A DNA stretch of 32,000 nucleotides, taken from contig NC_007969.1 in the NCBI RefSeq assembly GCF_000013905.1, positions 120,001 through 152,000 on the forward strand, written 5' to 3'. A program made the translations under genes and the position numbers. Under the pieces are notes generated by a model. The model made no database searches and had not been told where the DNA came from. It worked only from the letters and a program-made list of their open reading frames with translations. Source of the DNA: Psychrobacter cryohalolentis K5 (GTDB lineage: Bacteria; Pseudomonadota; Gammaproteobacteria; Pseudomonadales; Moraxellaceae). This document shows, piece after piece, positions 28,131-32,000 of the stretch; position 1 is the stretch's first letter, and the number at the start of each line of letters is the position of its first letter.

Positions 28131-28697
28131 ATGAACACGCGCTTTAATGATACTGATTTTGATAGCAAATCTATCGCCATTTGCTCTTGGGTCACTTGTT
28201 ATGTTGGCTTGGGTAGCAATCTGGTAAATGAGCTTGGGGCGCCTGTTGAGCATTTACAGCACGCGTTTGAGATGATGCAAGAGCAAGAAAAGATACGCAC
28301 TGTGCGTATTTCTTCATTTTATGCCTCGGTACCGATGGGACCGCAAGATCAGCCAGATTTTGTCAACGCCGTTGCTGGCTTTGAAACTATATTTACGCCG
28401 TTTGAGCTGCTGACATTTTGCCAACAGTTGGAGCAGCAAGCAAAACGCGCCCGCCTGCGTCATTGGGGTGAGCGTAGTCTTGATGTGGATATATTGTTAT
28501 ACGGCAATGAGCGGATTTCTGAGCCAACATTAACGATACCCCATGTGGGTTTGCATGAGCGTAATTTTGTTTTGATACCGTTACGAGAGCTCGCACCTGA
28601 GCTAATGATTGTAGGAAAGTCGATAATCGACTATCCCCAAAGCAGCGATTGGGCAGGTTTGAAGCTGTTAGAACATGATGCGTCAAGTCATAAATAA
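28131..28697 (+). CDS. folK: 2-amino-4-hydroxy-6-hydroxymethyldihydropteridine diphosphokinase (HPPK)
   Basis: The motifs YVGLGSNL, FYASVPMGPQDQPDFVNAV, WGERSLDVDILLYG and IPHVGLHERNFVLIPL are colinear with E. coli FolK. The start could instead be the ATG at 28086, which overlaps the pcnB stop. Confidence 0.9.
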   Translation: MNTRFNDTDFDSKSIAICSWVTCYVGLGSNLVNELGAPVEHLQHAFEMMQEQEKIRTVRISSFYASVPMGPQDQPDFVNAVAGFETIFTPFELLTFCQQLEQQAKRARLRHWGERSLDVDILLYGNERISEPTLTIPHVGLHERNFVLIPLRELAPELMIVGKSIIDYPQSSDWAGLKLLEHDASSHK

Positions 28698-28764
28698 AGA
28701 GACATTCATTTAAAGTGAATGACAGTTGATTGATATTCAGAAGTATTGAGGATGATATAACGAT

Positions 28765-29565
28765 ATGACAACGTTATCTACTTTAAATAAGTTTAAAAAA
28801 GACGGTACCAAATTTACTTGTCTGACCTGTTATGACGCCATGTTTGCGCGCATGATGGAAAAAGCGCAGATTGATACGATTTTAATCGGTGATAGCTTGG
28901 GTATGGTGGTGCAGGGTCATGATTCAACTTTGCCTGTTACGGTCGATGATATGGCTTACCACACTGCTAATATCGCCCGTAGCAATAAACAGGCGCTTAT
29001 TTTAGCGGACTTACCCTTTATGAGTTATGTGACGCTGCCTGAGGCCGTTGTTAATAGCCGCAAGCTGATGCAGGCAGGCGCTCATGTGATTAAAATTGAG
29101 GGTGGTTGTGAGCTTTGCGAGTTGATTACAACATTGGCGCAAGCAGGTACGCCAACGTGCGTGCATTTAGGCTTAACACCGCAGTCGGTAAACGTTTTTG
29201 GCGGTTATAAAGTCCAAGGTCGCGGCAATGAAGCAGGTCAAAAACTCCTTGATGATGCAAAAGCTGTGGTTGACGCTGGTGCAGCGCTTTTGGTACTAGA
29301 ATGCGTCCCTGCTGAGCTTGCTAAAGCAGTAACGGAAGCCGTTGCTGTGCCAGTGATAGGCATCGGGGCAGGCGCCGATACCGATGGTCAAGTATTGGTC
29401 ATGCACGATATGCTCGGTATGGTTCATGGTCGCGCGCCGCGTTTTATCCATGATTTTTTGACTGATGAGCGTAACACTGAGCACAGTATCGAAGGCGCAT
29501 TTGCCTTGTATCAGCAGTCAGTAAAGGAAGGTAGTTTTCCAACAGAGCAGCACCAGTTTAGCTAA
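28765..29565 (+). CDS. panB: 3-methyl-2-oxobutanoate hydroxymethyltransferase
   Basis: The 266-aa product has LTCYDA, GDSLGMVVQGH and KIEGG. Confidence 0.96.
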   Translation: MTTLSTLNKFKKDGTKFTCLTCYDAMFARMMEKAQIDTILIGDSLGMVVQGHDSTLPVTVDDMAYHTANIARSNKQALILADLPFMSYVTLPEAVVNSRKLMQAGAHVIKIEGGCELCELITTLAQAGTPTCVHLGLTPQSVNVFGGYKVQGRGNEAGQKLLDDAKAVVDAGAALLVLECVPAELAKAVTEAVAVPVIGIGAGADTDGQVLVMHDMLGMVHGRAPRFIHDFLTDERNTEHSIEGAFALYQQSVKEGSFPTEQHQFS

Positions 29566-29616
29566 GCAAATATAGAATTTCAGTAATTAGGTCCACCAGT
29601 AAAAGAGCAGTTAACC

Positions 29617-30480
29617 ATGCCGACGATTCATTACCATATCTCAGACTTACGCGTTGCTCTACGGCCTTACCGAACAGCGCAGCGCATTGCCTTAGTACCT
29701 ACAATGGGTAATCTACACGATGGTCATCTGGAGCTGGTAAAAATTGCCAAACAGCATGCAGATATCGTGGTGGTTAGTATTTTCGTCAATCCAACGCAGT
29801 TTGGGGTTGGTGAAGACTTTGATAGCTACCCTCGTACCTTAGATGAAGATGTAGCAAAGCTTGCCATGGTTGGCGCTGACTATGTTTTTGCTCCTACTAT
29901 TGATGAGATGTATCCGGTACTACCGCCGCCGACCACTATTCTCGCTGGGACTATTACTGAGCAACTATGTGGCAAAACTCGCCCCAATCATTTCGATGGT
30001 GTCGGTATTGTTGTCTCTAAGCTCTTCAATATCGTGCAACCTAACATAGCCGTATTTGGGCAAAAAGATTATCAGCAATTAGCCATTATTAAGCAGTTGG
30101 TTCGTGATTTGAGCTATTCAATCGATATTATTGGCGCGCCTATTATTCGTGCTACTGATGGCTTAGCGTTATCATCGCGCAATCAGTATTTAAGCGAGTC
30201 TGAGCGCCAAACAGCACCTATCTTACAGCAGGAGCTGCAGTATTCAGCCAAACAGATTAGTGATAATAAACAGCCGTTAGAGGTGCTTTTGACAGCAGCT
30301 CACGAGCGTATTACTAGTGCGGGGTTTATTATTGATTATCTAGAAGTAAAAACAACTGAGCTAACGGCTGTTGATGATGAGAGTATCAATAACCATCAAG
30401 ACTTGGTTATTTTAGTGGCTGCATGGCTAGGTCGTGCACGCTTGCTAGACAATCGATTGGTCACGATTAATAAAGTTTGA
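29617..30480 (+). CDS. panC: Pantoate-beta-alanine ligase
   Basis: The 287-aa product has VPTMGNLHDGHLELV, FGQKDYQQ and LALSSRNQYL. Confidence 0.96.
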   Translation: MPTIHYHISDLRVALRPYRTAQRIALVPTMGNLHDGHLELVKIAKQHADIVVVSIFVNPTQFGVGEDFDSYPRTLDEDVAKLAMVGADYVFAPTIDEMYPVLPPPTTILAGTITEQLCGKTRPNHFDGVGIVVSKLFNIVQPNIAVFGQKDYQQLAIIKQLVRDLSYSIDIIGAPIIRATDGLALSSRNQYLSESERQTAPILQQELQYSAKQISDNKQPLEVLLTAAHERITSAGFIIDYLEVKTTELTAVDDESINNHQDLVILVAAWLGRARLLDNRLVTINKV

Positions 30481-30539
30481 TCACACTGCTATTTATAATA
30501 TTGTAATTTGCGGGATGCAATTTATAAGGATGACGGAAC

Positions 30540-31502
30540 ATGCAGGCAAATCAAGACACCCATAATGCTCAATCAAAGCTAACAGATTCTAACGAATCCA
30601 CTGGTGATAAACTGAGTATATTGGTAGTGTCAGGACGTTCAGGCTCAGGGAAAACCTCGGTACTAAATATCCTTGAAGATCTGGGTTTTTATTCTATTGA
30701 TAATTTGCCTTTGTCTCTTGTGCCTGAAGCGGCGCAAAAGCTGGTCTGTGATAGTGGAATTAAACGCATTGCCCTTGGGGTGGATATTCGTACGCCGCGC
30801 GCAGATTTATCTAACTTTGATGCAATCCATGACAGTTTAAAGCAGACCTATGGCGAAGAGGCGGTCACAGTGATGTATGTGACGGCGCAAGAAGAGACGC
30901 TGGTTGCACGCTTTAATGCCACTCGCCGCATCCATCCGTTGATGGTGTTAGATACCAAAGGCGTAGAAAATAACGTTTATAATCTACCAGCAGCTATTGA
31001 GAAAGAAATACAGCTTTTGCAGCCGATATTTAAGCATGCCGATATTAAGATAGATACCAGTATGCTCAATATCCATCAGCTAAAAGAGCGTCTGCGTGAT
31101 TATGTGGGTGTAGATAATCAAATCGTGATTAATTTGCTATCGTTTGGTTTCAAGTACGGCAGCCCTATCGATGCAGACTTCGTTTTTGATGTACGAATAT
31201 TGCCCAATCCGCATTGGAATCCGACACTGCGCTCGGCAACAGGTCTTGACGCTGAAGTGAGTGCATTTTTTGCCGATTATCCAGAGGTCGCTGAGATGAC
31301 GGGAGATATTGCTACATTCTTGAATCGTTGGTTACCTGATTTTTTACATAATAATCGTCATACGGTAACGGTTGCCATTGGCTGCACTGGTGGCAAGCAC
31401 CGCTCGGTATTTATCACCAAACACCTGCAAGATAGATTGCAAAATAGCTTGCCAGAAGGCTTAACCGTGACGGCGAAACACCGTGAAAAGCATCGCTGGT
31501 AG
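30540..31502 (+). CDS. rapZ: RNase adapter protein RapZ (YhbJ family P-loop NTPase)
   Basis: It has the Walker A motif VVSGRSGSGKTS, the motif FGFKYG and the C-terminal motif GCTGGKHRSV. At 320 aa it carries about 25 extra N-terminal residues relative to E. coli RapZ. Confidence 0.92.
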   Translation: MQANQDTHNAQSKLTDSNESTGDKLSILVVSGRSGSGKTSVLNILEDLGFYSIDNLPLSLVPEAAQKLVCDSGIKRIALGVDIRTPRADLSNFDAIHDSLKQTYGEEAVTVMYVTAQEETLVARFNATRRIHPLMVLDTKGVENNVYNLPAAIEKEIQLLQPIFKHADIKIDTSMLNIHQLKERLRDYVGVDNQIVINLLSFGFKYGSPIDADFVFDVRILPNPHWNPTLRSATGLDAEVSAFFADYPEVAEMTGDIATFLNRWLPDFLHNNRHTVTVAIGCTGGKHRSVFITKHLQDRLQNSLPEGLTVTAKHREKHRW

Positions 31503-31570
31503 CGTTTGCTAAACCTTTTATACCTAATTTTTTTATACCTATTATTTATTTTTAAACATGGAAAGCTTTT

Positions 31571-32000
31571 ATGATTGACTGGTCAGAACAAGATATGCGC
31601 GTCTCACGCACAGAGCTCAAAAAAGCTCATGAGCGCCTACAACAGTTGTCGATACCGCTTGCCAGCTTATCGAAGAAACAACTTAAAGCTTTACCTGCCA
31701 GTGATTATTTTATGGCGGAATTAATGGCGCTTGCCGATATCACCAGCGCTAATGCGCGTAATCGTCAGACCAAGCGCGTTGGCAAGCTTATGATTGAAGA
31801 AAATCGCCATGAGCTGATAAAAGCATTATTTGATGCCTATTTTCCTAAAGAGCAAGTTTCTAAGATAGAGAGCTGGTATGAGCGTCTAAATATCAATGAT
31901 GAAGGGACGCTTAAGCAGTTCGTTAAACAATATAAAGCGTCTGAGCAGCATAGTATGTATCAGCTATTGCTCTGGATTGAGTACGCTAAGCATACAAACG
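31571..32000 (+). CDS. yjgA: Ribosome-associated protein YjgA/DarP (DUF615). Only the N-terminal 143 codons are present; the gene continues past the right edge.
   Basis: It is absent from the ORF track because no stop occurs before the window end. Translation gives MIDWSEQDMRVSRTELKKAHERLQQLSIPLASLSKKQLKALPASDYFMAELMALADITSANARNRQTKRVGKLM. This is colinear with E. coli YjgA [62 protein letters not shown]. Confidence 0.8.
   Translation, partial: MIDWSEQDMRVSRTELKKAHERLQQLSIPLASLSKKQLKALPASDYFMAELMALADITSANARNRQTKRVGKLMIEENRHELIKALFDAYFPKEQVSKIESWYERLNINDEGTLKQFVKQYKASEQHSMYQLLLWIEYAKHTN

Noticed and set aside
31514-31545. Short direct repeat TTTTATACCTA x2 between rapZ and yjgA
   Set aside because: It is an 11-bp repeat in a T-rich spacer. 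It could be promoter or UP-element sequence for yjgA, but it is too short and AT-rich to interpret.

Overview
This window looks like a core chromosomal segment of an AT-leaning gammaproteobacterium. Gene order and protein sequences look Moraxellaceae-like, possibly Psychrobacter or Acinetobacter, but that is inference only because no search was possible.

Left to right, the content is:
- Partial rarA (minus strand).
- An orphan two-gene unit: a small HExxH protein and a lipoprotein.
- gltA (minus strand), divergent from a complete TCA block: sdhC-sdhD-sdhA-sdhB, sucA-sucB-lpdA, sucC-sucD.
- A sugar-nucleotide module: galE-galU-pgi, a degenerate ugd-like gene, and convergent pgm.
- mazG, comEA, pcnB-folK, panB-panC, rapZ and partial yjgA/darP.

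I found no CRISPR array, no transposase, integrase or phage genes, no tRNA or rRNA genes, and no recognisable defence, toxin or secretion island. I do not see a clear novel multi-gene system here and will not invent one.

The observations most worth a second look are:
1. A full-length UDP-glucose-dehydrogenase homologue that has lost the catalytic Cys and the GxGxxG NAD motif.
2. A poly(A) polymerase with a roughly 350-aa low-complexity tail carrying three P-x-[KR]RRRR motifs.
3. Very large ORF-free spacers in the TCA cluster, including a 125-bp MITE-like or terminator-like palindrome between gltA and sdhC.
4. A near-consensus promoter whose -10 lies in the loop of the sucD terminator.
5. A stand-alone DUF4157-like HExxH protein paired with a lipoprotein.

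All motif and hairpin coordinates were counted by hand and may be off by 1-2 nt.
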